Source: Auanema rhodensis (lineage: Eukaryota > Animalia > Nematoda). From it: a DNA stretch of 64,000 nucleotides. The notes beneath the pieces are model-generated. The model had not been told where the DNA came from. It searched no databases and saw only the letters and a list, made by a program, of their open reading frames with translations. Both the position numbers and the translations under genes were made by a program. Shown in pieces: positions 38,084-52,363 of the stretch. The stretch is from contig OZ059896.1 in the NCBI GenBank assembly GCA_964057225.1, positions 14,074,001 to 14,138,000 of the forward strand, given 5' to 3'. Each line of letters begins with the position of its first letter. The first letter of the stretch is position 1.

Positions 38084-40387
38084 TTATGCTTCCGATGGTT
38101 TAACTGGTGTGGTCATCGGAACAGTACAGGCTTCATCATGATGTAGAGGATTTGATACCAGCAGTTCTTCTTTTGGAGATGCTGGAGGGATCTGATCCCA
38201 AGCTTGTACATCAGCTGAAATATAATGTTTTAGCTTTAAGATTACTGAGCAAGCTTTACCTGAACCACAGATTTGGAAGAAAGTTCCAGTTATGATGCAA
38301 ATAATGAAAATGGTAAGAAAAACGATACGCCATTCATCTAATGTGCCCTGAAAGAAGAATTTTTTTATAAATAAAAAAGCTCAAAGCTGTATCTTCAGAA
38401 GAGTAACGTACATGCTTTGTGACAGCTCCAATCTGATATGGCGCCCATGAAGCTGCGATCTGAGCCCAAATTCGACTGAATGCAGCAATAGCGGCTGTTT
38501 GAGATGGAGCAACCGTAATGACACTGTAATGAAGTTGAATATCTAATATGAAATGTCAAGTATCCTCTTACCTGGTACTGTATCCAGGAATGTATCCACT
38601 GACGAAAGACATAGAGATGCAAACAAGCATAACAGCAATCCATCGTTGATCACAATGACAAAATGAGAGAAGAAGGAAACAAAATCCAATACCAAACGAA
38701 GCTTCAATAGAGAAGAATATTTATAATTATTTAGAAATAACTACAACATACCACTAGAATTACATATTTTTGTGATATTTGTATATGATAACCAGTCGCG
38801 TTTTTTCGATTCATCAGCAAAGCCAGCATACATTATTTTAGAAATAAACTGGAAAATGAATGGCAAAGCCGACAATATTCCATTCTAAAATATATTTTAA
38901 TATATTAGTAATGTATATTATATTAACTTACACTTGTTAAGCTCATATTTAAAACAGTTTTATAGTAAAGTGGAAGATATGTAACAGTTCCAACTGTTAT
39001 AAAGTTATGTGCAAATGAACTAGCAGCTATTGACCACACAACTGGTGATGATAATAAACATTTCCAATCAGCTCTCTATAATATTTTCAAAATTTTTAAA
39101 TTCAAAACTTATATATTACTTGAACTCTCTGTTTTCTATTTCCTGTATTAGTTATAACTTGTACTTCTTCATCAGTTATTCCTCGTGCTTTTGCCGGAAC
39201 ATCCTCAACATAGATTTGCCATAGAATGCAAAGCAATACACCAGCAACTCCTATAAAATTATTTTTATTAATTATATATATACATTTTATATTTTATTAA
39301 TAGTTACCGTATGCATGAAATGCCATTGGCCATCCTCCTCCAAATGGTAATTGACATAATTCAGCGGTAGCAAACATGGCAATAATTACCGAAAGCTGAA
39401 GTTGATAATTATCAAAATTAATTATTTTAATTTTAAACGAGGTTACTTGATTTCCAGTTGTAGCTATAGCTAAAGCGGTACTCTTTTCCGTTGGTGGAAA
39501 CCATATTCCAACTAAAACACTCATACAAGGATACAATAAGCCCTTAAAATATTTTTTTTTAATTCTAATAGTTTCTCAAATAAATATAGTTACCTGACCA
39601 AAACCCATAATTAATCGAACAATAATTACAGAAATAGTGCCAAGTTGCGTTGAGACGGTAGGTGTGATGAATGTTCCAAGCACATTCACAATGGCTCCAT
39701 AGAGTACTAACCTCTTAGCTCCGAAAATGCGATTCAATTTCTAGAAGAAAATATTTTAAAATATAAACATATAGTTAATAGAAAGATTTACCTCAGCTAC
39801 AATACATGCAAATAATCCTCCAGCATAGAATGATGCAAAGATGACAGCTCGTTCTTGTGACGACCAATCAATTGTTCCATTCTAAAATTAATTGTTCATC
39901 TTATGAAAACAATAGTAAAATTAATTCATATGCAACCGATTATATGGAATTAAGGTATTAAAAATGAAAATCCACGTGAAATACACGTGAATGATTAACA
40001 GTCATTTACGTCGAGGTGCACGTGAAGTAAGTGGAAGTAAACGATATATTCTCTTCCACATAAAACAGTGTTTAAAGTACATGCTTATGAGAGAGAACAA
40101 TTACTTGAATAAGACTCACATATTTGATTTTATCATCCCGAGAACCTAATCGTAACTGAGGACATGAATTGTCGATTGACATGTTACGTGCACTAGATCC
40201 TTCGGCTAGAGCTGATTCACTCAACATGCATACCATCGCCTTAAGAAAATGATTTTATCAAGTAGAAATAACGATATCAAACCATATTCAAATTGCTTCT
40301 CATCAGACCTTCGATTGTGAGGGCCAAAGCGATACAGATGGAGACGCGAAGACGTACACTCCTTGTCGACCATAGTGAGGTCGTCAT
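38084..40387 (-). CDS. SLC17 family (sialin/VGLUT-like) MFS anion transporter; multi-exon
   Basis: MTTSLWSTRSVRLR..LMRSNLNM|AMVCM; IDWSSQERAVIFASFYAG; VRLIMGFGQ|GLLYPCMSVLVGIWFPPTEKS; GGWPMAFHAYG; TYLPLYYKTVLNM; EWRIVF. TAA at 38084-38086. Confidence 0.92.
39973..40024. promoter_or_regulatory. Cluster of three CACGTG(A) E-boxes in an SLC17 intron
   Basis: CACGTG at 39973, 39984 and 40019, each followed by A. Confidence 0.5.
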
Positions 40388-41542
40388 TCAGGGCTTTACA
40401 ACTGAATATCAAAGAATTTAATAATCGAGAATTTAACAAAAATTTTATATAAATAAGGAATGATATAAAGAATTTTAGAATTTTATCCATTTTGAATATT
40501 CTACCTACTATACCATTATTATTATAATTATAGCAGTTTATAAGGTATATTTATAATATTACATATAATTATTTCAATAAATACTAAAGATAATCATTGA
40601 CAACAAACATATTTTCCTTTATATACTGTAAGAGAAATCAAAACATTCAATGAAAAAATCAAGATTAACTTGTATTTTTTCAGTTTGAACAATGATTTTA
40701 TCACTTTGCTAATTGAATAGAAATAGAATTATATAATTAAAATTCTATTTTAGTTCAATAGAAGAAACAATAACGGAAAATAGAAATTTTTAAGAATAAA
40801 ATGAAAATATGAAGATAATGATGTTGCAATGAGAAAGATTCATGCTTTTCTACGAGAAAAGAAAACAGTTTAAATGATGAATTTGGCTTAAGCGGAAGAA
40901 TAAAAGCATACTGTATGAGCATTTTGTGAAGAATACTTTGTAACTTCAAAAATGATCAAGATGAGAAGCAAAGAGAAGTAGAGAAAAGGCCTATAGAAAC
41001 AGGAATAATCATCACTTTTCTCTGTTGGGATGGAAAAAATGAAAGAAAAAGATTCCTAAGACATCAAAGCTCATAGAAAAGGAACAATTCAATTTATGTT
41101 TTGTTAGTTTATGGATTGAACAAAATGTTTTCACAAAGTATTTTAAAAATAAAGGTTAGGCCAGATTGGTATCATTAGGTTGATTGATCATAAGAGAACT
41201 GAGGACTTCAGACAGGATGCAGTGATGTTCCAGACTTGATTTTTTGCATAAATGCTCTGTACAATACAAAATATGAACAGGAAATTTTGAATTCTCAGTT
41301 CATGGTCTGACAATTTGGTATATTCACACATACATACATCACTTTTCCCTTACCTTTCCTTCTCTCTCTCTTTCTATTCTCTTTCTCTCTATCTTCCTCT
41401 CTTTCTCTGTATTCTCTACTTCTATACCTTACAACCGATGTCATATCTCTCTATACTCTCTTATGATTTAACATTCTTTCTTTTAATTCTCTTTTGCCAT
41501 CACATATGACTTAACTCTGTAGTTTGTTATCTCAACCTCACA

Positions 41543-41543
<1 letters not shown>

Positions 41544-41585
<42 letters not shown>
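41544..41585. repeat. Poly-C plus (CT)n microsatellite
   Basis: Direct sequence. Confidence 0.9.
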
Positions 41586-41587
<2 letters not shown>

Positions 41588-41699
41588 CTCTTGTTACAAG
41601 AATTATAATTAATGCACGCAATAGTAGGCTTATGCCACCGTATGACTTTGAAGAATCCACTTTACGAACATCTGATTATAAGGCAAAAAAAGATGATAA

Positions 41700-41782
41700 C
41701 AATGATTGTGGTGGTGACGGTGATGATGATGATGATGATGACAACAACGACGACGACGGTGCTGACAATAGTGATGATGATG
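41700..41782. repeat. Compound (GAT)n/(GAC)n trinucleotide repeat
   Basis: Direct sequence; intergenic, with no supporting exon structure. Confidence 0.8.
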
Positions 41783-43483
41783 TTATTATCCTCAACTTTA
41801 ATAGTAAGATTAGATCAACACCAATAATAATGACCATCTTTATAACATTTCATATGATATTGACAACTTACTACATCGAAAAAATTATTAAATAATTTTG
41901 AAAACAAATGAAAAGTTAAAGAAGAATAAAATGTTTTCTAAAAATTGTTGTTCAAGAAAAATAAAATAAAAGAAAATACAAAAAAAGGAAAGTTTTTCAA
42001 TACGAGACATGTATTTGTCTAGTGAGAAATGAAATGATAAAACAAGAAAATAACAAAAGAAATTGGTTTATATAAACATAAACAAGCCTGATTTGACAAA
42101 AAAACGACTACAAATGCCAAAAGTTGTAACAGTAGCCATTGTACTTTGATATCAGTGTCATATGGAGATGATGTTTGAAAAATACTATAAAGAGATAATA
42201 TCCGGATAAAACAAGAGATTAGATAAGTATTATGGAGATTATTTAAAACTTAAAAAATAATAATGTAAAAAGGTTTTGTAACAGGTTCCAGGAAGTAACT
42301 TTTTTTTTTGAAATTGCAGATGATCTGAACGAAACATTTTAAAAAATGATCTGCAAATGCTAAGTTGTATATATTAAAAATATAGAATTATATATATTTA
42401 TTCATATAATATTATGGAAATAAGTATAACATATGATATAATTAAGGAGGAGTAGGAAGATTGTACAAGTAATCTAACTAAAAATAGTTAAATATTATAA
42501 AATATAATGATAAATATGATAAATTTGTGATTTAACTGAGTACTTAGATTGTAAATTGAGTATAGAACACGTGAATAAAGAAAACATTTATGGAAATAAA
42601 GTTCAAAAATAGTAAAAAAACTTAGAAAAGCATGTAAGCCGGGGCAATTGGTGGGAGTAGTAAGCAGTGTGAGTGTATTGATGGCTGGGGGAAAACCCGG
42701 GGGAATGAAATGGCTGAAAGACTGAGGAAAACTATGAGAGAGAGAGAGAAACAGAACATGTCGTATGTTAGAGAATATTGAAGATGAGGAGTGCATAGAC
42801 GAAAGGAAAGGAATGAGAAAAGCTGTTGGATGGAAAAATAGCATAGTAATTTAGGAGATTATGGAAGGCAAACAGAAAAAAAAACATAAATATCTATATA
42901 TAGTTAAGCTTTTCATATTTTGACGATTTAAAAATCAAAATTAAGCTATTTTTTTTGATAAAGTTATAGGTTATAGGTTGAATTTCTGCAAAAAAAGTGT
43001 AGTAGAATAGGCGATTGATCATCAATATGCAATAGAGATATGTATAAACAGATTGTGATAATTTAGCTGCCCTGCCCATATTTGTTTTTTTGGAATTTTT
43101 ATAAAAATACAGAGTTTAAAATATTATTTTGTATAAATTTCTGTAATTATTCCTTTTTTTTACTATGGGAGGGAAATAAAATCATTTTTTTAAACATCAA
43201 ACATCAGATTTGTAAGAGAAAATTACTTTAAAAAAACTTTTTAAAAAGCTAATTCCATGCACAACCGTTCATGACCATCATTATTCATGAAATTGAGAGA
43301 GCGCTGTAGAAAATTTGACGAAGCATCATGATTCATCTACGTATAATTCACGTGGAATAATTAGAATTTGATGAAAAAATTCAAATTTATTAAAAGACGA
43401 AAGAAAATGGAAAAGAAAAAGTACAAAAATCTGGTGTTTGAGAGGTAAGAGAAAATATTTTTTTATTTTTTAAAACTGAACAA

Positions 43484-43898
43484 TCATTTCTTCATCAGAG
43501 CTGATAACTCATAATGTAACCGTGATTTTGCTTCTGATGTTTCATCTTCTATATCATTTACAATTCCATTTAAATAAGAAATATATGCACATGCTATCTA
43601 AAATACAAGTTGTGAACATAAGAATATCAATTGATGATTGAACCTTCAGAATTGCTTGCTTTGGTATCTTCATATTTTCCTCAATTGGTAGTACAGAACG
43701 AAGAATACTGAACATAGTACCCAATTGCTGAATTCGTTGTCTTTCACGAGCATTAGCTTCTTCTCTGAAGAAATTTTGAGAATAAGCTGTAAAAAGTTGA
43801 ATAGAAGACCTTTTCACATTTGATAATGTTCTTATTCTATGAGATGTACCGCCAGTAGGTCTATACCAACTTGCTGTACGACCCATATGATTCCACAT
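43484..43898 (-). CDS. Small tissue-specific (class II, Atonal/Twist-superfamily) bHLH transcription factor, 3 exons
   Basis: KR|EEANARERQRIQQLGTMFSILRSVLPIEENMKIPKQAILK|IACAYISYL gives basic region, helix 1, loop and helix 2. TGA at 43484-43486. The start codon is tentative. Confidence 0.82.
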
Positions 43899-46800
43899 AA
43901 CAGTAAGAAGTAATTGAGAAAGGTAATAAAACTGAAAATTATGCGAATAATTGGTCTCAAAGCGAATATTATCATGTTAACCTTGATTAGAATAAAAATT
44001 GGGATATCTATCCAGTGATGAGAAGGGAAATTGTTAGTTTGCTATCGAACTGGGGGTAAGAGAAGGGCAGTATTGAATGAACTGAACGTGAAGATGACTT
44101 GAAGTGATGAAGTCAATACAGTTTGTCTTTGATTCATTCGCCTTCATTCATTCTCGTTTTTCTTTTTTCTTCACTTCTTTTCCCTGTCTTCTCCTAACTT
44201 TTAACTCACTATTCTTCCTTTTTAGGCTTTTTTTCCAAAACGTTTTGATAGTCCGGCAACGAGACATACACCACATGTGCATCATCTGGTTGCTTTGGGT
44301 TGATAGACTGACGATTTTCGCTCTACTTCATCCTCACTGTTTTACGTTTTTGGCTTTCTCTTCTTCAAACCATTTCATCTTTTTCTTCTTTAAGCGAACC
44401 GTCACTTTCACAAAAAACTTTTTGTATTCTTCTTAAATCAATTTGGGAGACTGAAATCTTTCCGAAACGTCCAAAGTCCCTGACCGGTCCAGGATACCGG
44501 TATATAGTACGACACACCACAAGCAAAAGCATATGACAGATTTTCGGACATAGGACAGTTAATGAATTTTATGGAAAAAAGTTTGAAATGAACTGAGCAT
44601 ACACGGAGAAAAAACAAAACAAAAAACAAATCCAGATCGAAATAAGATTATCAATATAAAGAAACATCTAAGACCGTTAAACAAATGTATCAACCTATAG
44701 AATTATCTATATGAAATAAAAGCTTGAAAATGCTCGAAAAACAATGAAAATCTTGTAATATTTGTTCTCTAACAAGCATTCTTCGATGAAAAATTAGTAT
44801 TAAACATCAAATAATATAAAAAAAATATAATATATTAAAGAATATTTAAAAAAACTTTGGTTAATTTCATAATATTGATTGAATATTGAGGTTTTCAAAA
44901 TAAATTGTCTATAACTATATATACCATCTGAATGTATTCTTGAATGAATTTTCATTAGTTTTTCCTTAAAACTTGTACTTTTTCATCATTTTCGTGCTTG
45001 TTCTTCTTTTTTTCTTCCCTTGTATCGTCATCTTTACAACAATGTCAATACAATTGACTCTTTTTTCTCAAAAAAAACTCATTAAGATGAGCTGATTGTT
45101 TGTTTGCTTGTCTTTGACCAATGTTGAACTTTTTAGACACTGATTGATGACACTTCTTTTCGTATTTTGACAAAAGTTCTTAAAAATCTTTTACATCAAA
45201 CGTAAATTTTAAAGCTTTTTCTGGGTATATAGTACTTAAAGTAAAATAATATTAACTATATGTATATAGCTAGTACTTCTTAACCTAAGCTTATTGTTTT
45301 TTCAGAAAAGCAATTCTTTGAAGAAAATGGGTTCGTAGGAATGGCTTGACCTCAGTCATATGGACTATTTCACGCTTATATTCATATTTCTCACACTCTC
45401 TTCTAATCAGAATCATTCGTTCGTGTCCAATACATCAATTGCCTATTTTGTCTTATACAGTATACACAGAAAGTTGTCGGTAATCCGGCTTGTCCTCATC
45501 GTAAGGCTGGTTCTACACAATCTCGTTTGCCATACTTTAAGCTTATTAGACTTATACCACTGACAAGTCAAAACGTTCATCTCTCTCCGTTCAGCTTGTA
45601 CCTTTCCCTCTCTCTATCTCTTTGATATTTTATTCTTTTCTCTCTCTATTATTATTATAATGTTTTGCTTTGTTTCTCAAAATATTTTTGCATTTCTCTT
45701 GTGATCTCACCATATACCTATATAGTGATTTCTTCACCCTATTTACTTTATTCATAGGGTCAACCAGATTATTCTCCCCCTTCTTACTCTCCTACCTCTC
45801 AGCTAACCAGCCAGCCATATACAAACTATTAGTCTGCTCAGTCAAACCCATATATACAGTTTCGCGTCGTCGTCGGTTGAGTACAAAAACAATCGTTGAA
45901 AATCCAAATAATTGATGCTTGTCATCTTGACAGTTTATAAGAGAGTTATCACTATATCAATACTGATATCATATATTTAAGAAAAAACTCATATAATTAG
46001 TAAAATGAAATGCTTAAACTATACAAGTTTTTACATAACTTTTAGCATTCATTCTTATGCTCTTAAACCGAGTGATGTCATCCTAGGTGCTTGTGTTGAT
46101 ATTTTGAAGAAGAATATAAAGAGCGAAAGAGAGAGAATCTTTTCTTAGTTTCATACTCTTCATACATGACGATTCCTTCTTGCTTTTGTACGTATAACTT
46201 ACTGACAACTTAGTATTGACCATTAGTTAAGCTTAAATATCATCTCTACAGGGAACTGTTTCGGACGATAGGTTTAGCTGTCGTTTTACTTCTTCGGCTT
46301 TTCCCTTCATCTAATCTGTCACAAACGTTTGATTAGGGTATCTATACCTGTCTCCCAATTCGTTTTCTTTGCCTTCTCAAATCATCCTATCCGTCCTATA
46401 TTTCCTTTTAACCTTTACTTGAATATCAGAGCCTAACCTAGCTAAATGCTCATTGCCTCGGCTTCTTTCTCTTATTTGTATCTCCTCATTCATCGCAAAA
46501 GGAGGTGGTAGTAGGGAGGAGGTGAAGGGAGCAATGAAGGAGCAAGACAGGCGGATGGTCAAGAGAGAAACCATTGCTATGTGTTTGTCTGAACTCTCAT
46601 CCAATGGAGTAATTCCTCACCTCACGTACCTACGCAGCATCCTCTCTATTTTCTCTCTCTCTCTATCTATCTCTACCTGCTACTCCCACTATCCTATACT
46701 CTTTACGTACGACTCTCTTTTGCAATTGCTTTACTTTCTTACCTTTCCTGCTCTTCAGAGCTTCATACCCATACGTACACAGTCTCGAGCACACAGAAAC

Positions 46801-49771
46801 GGAGCCGCATAGTCATAAATGGTTATATCCAGCCTCTTCTTATTCAAAACTAATGTTTATATTCAAATTATTTCTAAACCTAGTATTCATTTTATATTTT
46901 ATTTTTAACTGAATTTCTTCATAATTTTTCATTTTTATGTAGTTTTTGCAATTTTATTGTATTTTCTAATAATTTTTCTTATTTTCTTATCAATTCCTGC
47001 AAAGCAAGGATGACTTTACGAAACTTCGTGCTCCAATCACAAACACTTTCCATTAATTCTCTTGAAATCCAGTGCCTGATTGGGAAGTTTTCGGACAAAA
47101 ATAGGTTTTTTGCGTGGGATTGTGTGAGCAACTAGATGATGCGGTGTTTCTTGGTGGGTCAAGACAACATAGCGAATCATTTTTTTAAATTTTTTTCCCA
47201 TCTGATTTCACCTGATCGCTCTTTGCTTGTCTAACCATTTAAGCTCTTAAGAAATCATGTCGAAATCCAACATTCCCTTTTGTTGTATTTCTTCAATCTT
47301 ATCATCATTTCTGTTTCTCTCTCTCTCTCCATCTCATCCTAACCCTCTTTATATTTTCCCCTCTTTTCCAAATTTGCTTTCAATATCAAACAGACAATAG
47401 AAAAACATTTAAAATCGGTGTAGTCTGATGAAATCATGCCGCTATTCTCATGTGCTTGACCCTTTGTTTAGCTTTTGTAAGACTATTTTTAAGAATTCCC
47501 CTTTGAAAAGTCACTGCTCATCTGCTTTACTGACTATCCCATCAATTTTTATATATTTCTTTCACATATTTTACGAATTGTCTATCTATTTTTACTATAT
47601 AATCTATATAAAAATATAACTAATGATATTATTATAATCAAATAAATCTGAAATTTTGTTTGAAACAAGAAAAAAGATGTTTTCTTGGCTCATTCCTTCT
47701 GTTTCATAATATCTTTTATATGTCATTGACCCTTATTTAATTATGTTTGAGATATTTTCATAGAAACTTATATCAAACTTCCGATTTATTCCATTCTCTT
47801 ACTGTTTTTCTTTTTCTCTCTATCTCATCATTTCCTTTATATTTCTATCTTTCTTATTCTCTTCCTTTCTATTCTTCTATTGTCCATTCAAATGTCCATT
47901 TTTCTAATTTCTCGAATAGAAAACGTTACTTTCATTGTGTCATGACCATTTTGAGAATTACCGGTATTTGGTCATTCATTCATAGTTGATTCTGGAGTTT
48001 CACGACGAGTTGCTTGCGAACATAATTCTGATGACTGTTTGTTGTTCGTGGCTCATGCTCAGTCCTGTTTCACCATTTTCCAATATACTTCTCTGTGGTC
48101 AATAGTGAAGACGTAAGCTATCGTCGTAGATTCTAACTCACCTAATATTTTCGAAGAAGGAACAAATATATTTTATAGATAGAAATACTCTTTCAAGATA
48201 TTCAAAGAATATTATCGAGAAAGAGATTCTTTCTCTCTCTTTTCATATTCCAATAACCTTAAATCTCAACTTTAATGTGATTCATTAAGATTTATACTTT
48301 TTTTCATTTTTCCCTAATCGTATTTGCTATTTCATTTATTGCTACTGCTGCTCTAGGGTGGAAAGATAGTTACCTACTTTGTCCGAAATAAGGATGAGGA
48401 TCAGATTTTCAGTTAAAAAAACAATTGAAATAGAAGTACAAAATGAGAGAAAGTTAGCGGTGTAGCGAACAAGAGATAGATAGGATAGATGGCTGCTGAT
48501 GTTAGTGGTCAGTCTGTCACATCGTTTGTCCTGCCTACCTACCTAACATCTTTGAGCACTCATCAGTTTCATGATATCTAACTGCTTTATTTCTCTATAC
48601 GTTCTTTTTCCTCTCAGCCTTATGCATCCACAGAGACCCTCTTCCTTTCGAACGGGCGCACGTATCAGACGATGACGACGGCCTTTGCTCTTTCTGTTTG
48701 TCCAAGTATTCCTGACTGTCCAACTCGTCGCCTATTGACCCACACCCATCGAAAAGTCGAGGTGGACGAGATAGATGAAGATAACGAGCAGAGAAGGAGA
48801 AAACGTAGATGATGACTGTCGACTTGAAGGAGATTTAGAGTGAAGGGTGGCTAGAAGACAGTGAGTATCGAGTTGATGAAGCAAAAGCAGTGTCAGGCGT
48901 GGACCACTAACTTTCTCATTTACTCTCTCTAATGATCATTCTCTCTTGTTATGTTCACAAAGTCATATAAGGAGATATGTGCTCTGAGAGCAATTGAGAC
49001 AAGTAGCAAGAGAGATTTTGATAGCCAAAGTTAATCAGAGAAATATAATAAGAAATAAAGAGAATATCTAACATCTCTCAGATAAATCGCAGATATTTAG
49101 CTCAATATGCTCAAGATATGTGGAAATTTTATAAGTTTCTAGCTTTCTTCTTATATCATACAATGAAAAGATATTGGGGATTGTCAATGATATTCAGCAA
49201 AATATATAAATCTAGCATATCAAGTACTCTTTATGATATCATATAGTTAAGCTATTTTTATATAATTGTCACTAATTATAAGCAAATTATGTTGGTGAAT
49301 ATATGTAAATAACTTCGTTTGTATTCTGTTTACCAAACTATTTGATGCTCCGGAACTGTGGCATGACCGGTAAAGCTATAAGCTGTCATGATGATCTTAC
49401 ATTTCAATCAAACATAAGCTTTGTGTAATTAGCCATTGAAACCTTTGTTATAAATTTTCTGAAATAATTACGGAAACTATATAACTCATCAACAACCGTA
49501 CAATCATACAACCGTTCACACCTGTTCAATATATCAAAATGATTTTTGAATTATTCATGTGAACAGTACAGCATTTTCCTTTATTACTGCAGAATTTGAA
49601 GAATTATTAGCATATATGGATTTCTTGTTTTAAAGATAATGGATTCCAATATATTTCGGTATGAGATATCATGTACTTCAATAGGTTGAAGATGTAAGCT
49701 CTCTGACCATCAGTATTCTTCAGCTCTTATTGCATGGTATCATGAAGGAAATATCCAATTCTCTTTCACTA

Positions 49772-49780
49772 TCTCTCACT

Positions 49781-49838
<58 letters not shown>
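49772..49838. repeat. (CT)n microsatellite
   Basis: Direct sequence. Confidence 0.92.
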
Positions 49839-50874
49839 TTATTTCATGGATACCTTATATTGGAGAAGAAACAAAGCGTAGACTTCAACCTATTACTCAT
49901 AAAAGGCATTGAGCGCTGACCATATATGGTAATTCAATATCTATTGGCTAGCTCCATGGACATGCGATGCTTTTTCCATATCCAGCTACACCTTTTAATG
50001 TCTTCTCAATTGAATCCTACTGTTCTCTGATGACCAGTTACATCATATTCTGAATTGCAGTTCTGATGCAATTGTCAAAAAAAGCAAAAAGGAAAAGGAG
50101 AAGAAAGAATAACTTCAACGGATCCATATTTCTCAGCTACATGTATTCTGTACAATCAGGTTGTATTCTGTCGTACAACTTGAATTATTCGTCATGCTTT
50201 TTTCGTTATTTTTTCCAACTTTATTATACTTTATTATATATATATATATTCATATTTATATTTATAATTATTCTTTTTACAATGAAATTCAACATATATT
50301 TTGACTCTTAACTCTTAAATTGCTTTGTATAGATTTTTCGAATTCTTTATCAACAAATACGTTTTAATTATGTTTGCATAATTAATTTTCTTCTTTCGTT
50401 AAACGTTTTCACGTTTAATTTATGTTACGTAATCAACTTTTTGTTTGAATATTGACGATTTTGGTGTTTATGGATGATACGGAATACCTTTTAAGTCATA
50501 GATTAGAACGAAACGAAGAAGAAGGAATGAAAACAAACTTTATGCTTCTTCATCTTCTTCTTCCTTAAGGGCAAAAACCCGATGCTGATAAGCTAATCCG
50601 ACCTCGATCAGCCGTTCCCGTTTGCATTAGTCTGTGACTAATCTTGGTAATCAGCTTGGCAGAATCGGCATCTCAACTACTGTTGTCACGCGTCGGGCAC
50701 GAGTTGGTCTACGGAACTGTAATTGGTATAAGCTCTAAGAGAGAAAGAAAGGAAGAAAGAGATAGAGACAGAGAGAGAAAAAGAAACTGATAGATAATTT
50801 GGAATTTGCATCTCTACAATGCGTGTTTGTAAGAGAGCAAAGGTGATTGAGAAGAAAGATCAAAATTTGAAAAG

Positions 50875-50920
50875 GAAGAAGAAGAAGAAGATGAAGAAGA
50901 AGAAGAAGAAGAAGAAGAAG
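50875..50920. repeat. (GAA)n microsatellite
   Basis: About 15 units with one interruption. Confidence 0.92.
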
Positions 50921-52363
50921 CATTAGTATCTTCTAGTCTTCATCTTTGTCGTTACGTCGCTAATCTGACGCCCTTGACGAAAAGCTTAATCTTCCTGTCA
51001 TGAGGTTCATGCTCATTTCTGTTTCAACTTCAGCACATCAACACATTAACAAAATATTCTTATAACTTTGTTTTAAATAATTATAATAATTATATTTATT
51101 TGAATATAATAAAGATAATATTATATATTATCAATATTTTCTTCAATTCCTATATATTTCAACAAAAGACGAAGAAGAAACTTACTTACTCGAGTGAGTC
51201 TCTGACCTCCTATATCTCCTATTTCGTTTTTTTTCGTTCCGAAACTTTTAAAGTGTTTGTATGTTATACGGGGAATATTGAGCTGTAGCAACTGCATGTA
51301 GCAAGCCAAACCCAATACGGATATTTTGCACTCGATACTCAGTTCAAGTGTGCTGAACTTCGATATGTAGGAGGAACAAGATGAAGAATGTGAGAAAATC
51401 CTTTGAGGCATCGCTCCTGAATAAATCAAAAATTCCCCTTTGTATCTCCACAGTCCCCTCCTCTCTTCCTTTGATAAACCTTTTATTCATTTTTACTTTA
51501 CTCCAAACTAATCATTATGTGCTTGTTATAGCTTGTTCACGATTTTTTGGTTCCTCATTAACTCATTACCAAAAAAAGGAGAGAAGAGGGAGTAAATTTG
51601 AGCATCTTGAGCAAGCCTTGTTTACACATGTTAGCCAACGTCCGAAGATGAAAAAAAAACGTCAACTACTGCTTCTCTTCTCTCTCACCTCTTGTCCATT
51701 TCATTGTATCAGTTTTCTCATCGCACTTTCTCTCTCTCTTTCTCTCTTTCCTAAATTGTGCTCAACATTTTCTCTGTTCACATTAGCTAAGACAATCACT
51801 CTTTCAATTTTTCGTACTTCGTGTATTTGACCAACCATCTAAGGTTTTTCTCTTTATCTCATTCTCTATCGTTTTTGTAACCTTTTAAAACTTTCTCTGT
51901 TCACTTTTAGCTTTCTCTTAACATTTTTCTCTTTTTTCTCTTAGCTTTAAAACTTCTTCTCTCTCATTTAGCACTTCGTAATTTGACCATATGCAATTAC
52001 AGTTTCATTTTCGTTATACCTTTGCTTCTATTTTCTTTCTTTTTTTCTCTTTTGCTCACCATTTTGGTCCTTCAATTCATTTTCATTCAAAATCTTTGAT
52101 TATTTATCGCCTTTGACCACAATTTTCATTGTTTTTACCTGTTTTATTGACTAAACATATCAAAAAAAATATTTTCAACTCAACTCAACAAGTATTGCAT
52201 AAGCTTAACATTTAAACTTTTCTGATTTCTTCTTAAAAATCTTGATCAGTCATATTGTATTTTTCAATATTATTATTATTATTTTAGAATTGTGGATGCT
52301 AAATAGATAAATCTAAGAATCACAGCAATCTATTACCTTTTTTCGTTATTTCACACATCCTAC

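Noticed and set aside
41524-41895. 123-aa Asp-rich ORF and the overlapping poly-Met ORF
   Set aside because: Both arise from (CT)n and (GAT)n microsatellites, with no exon structure.
45800-45820. miR-34-like word (and a bantam-like seed at 33211)
   Set aside because: Partial matches only, with no precursor hairpin evident.
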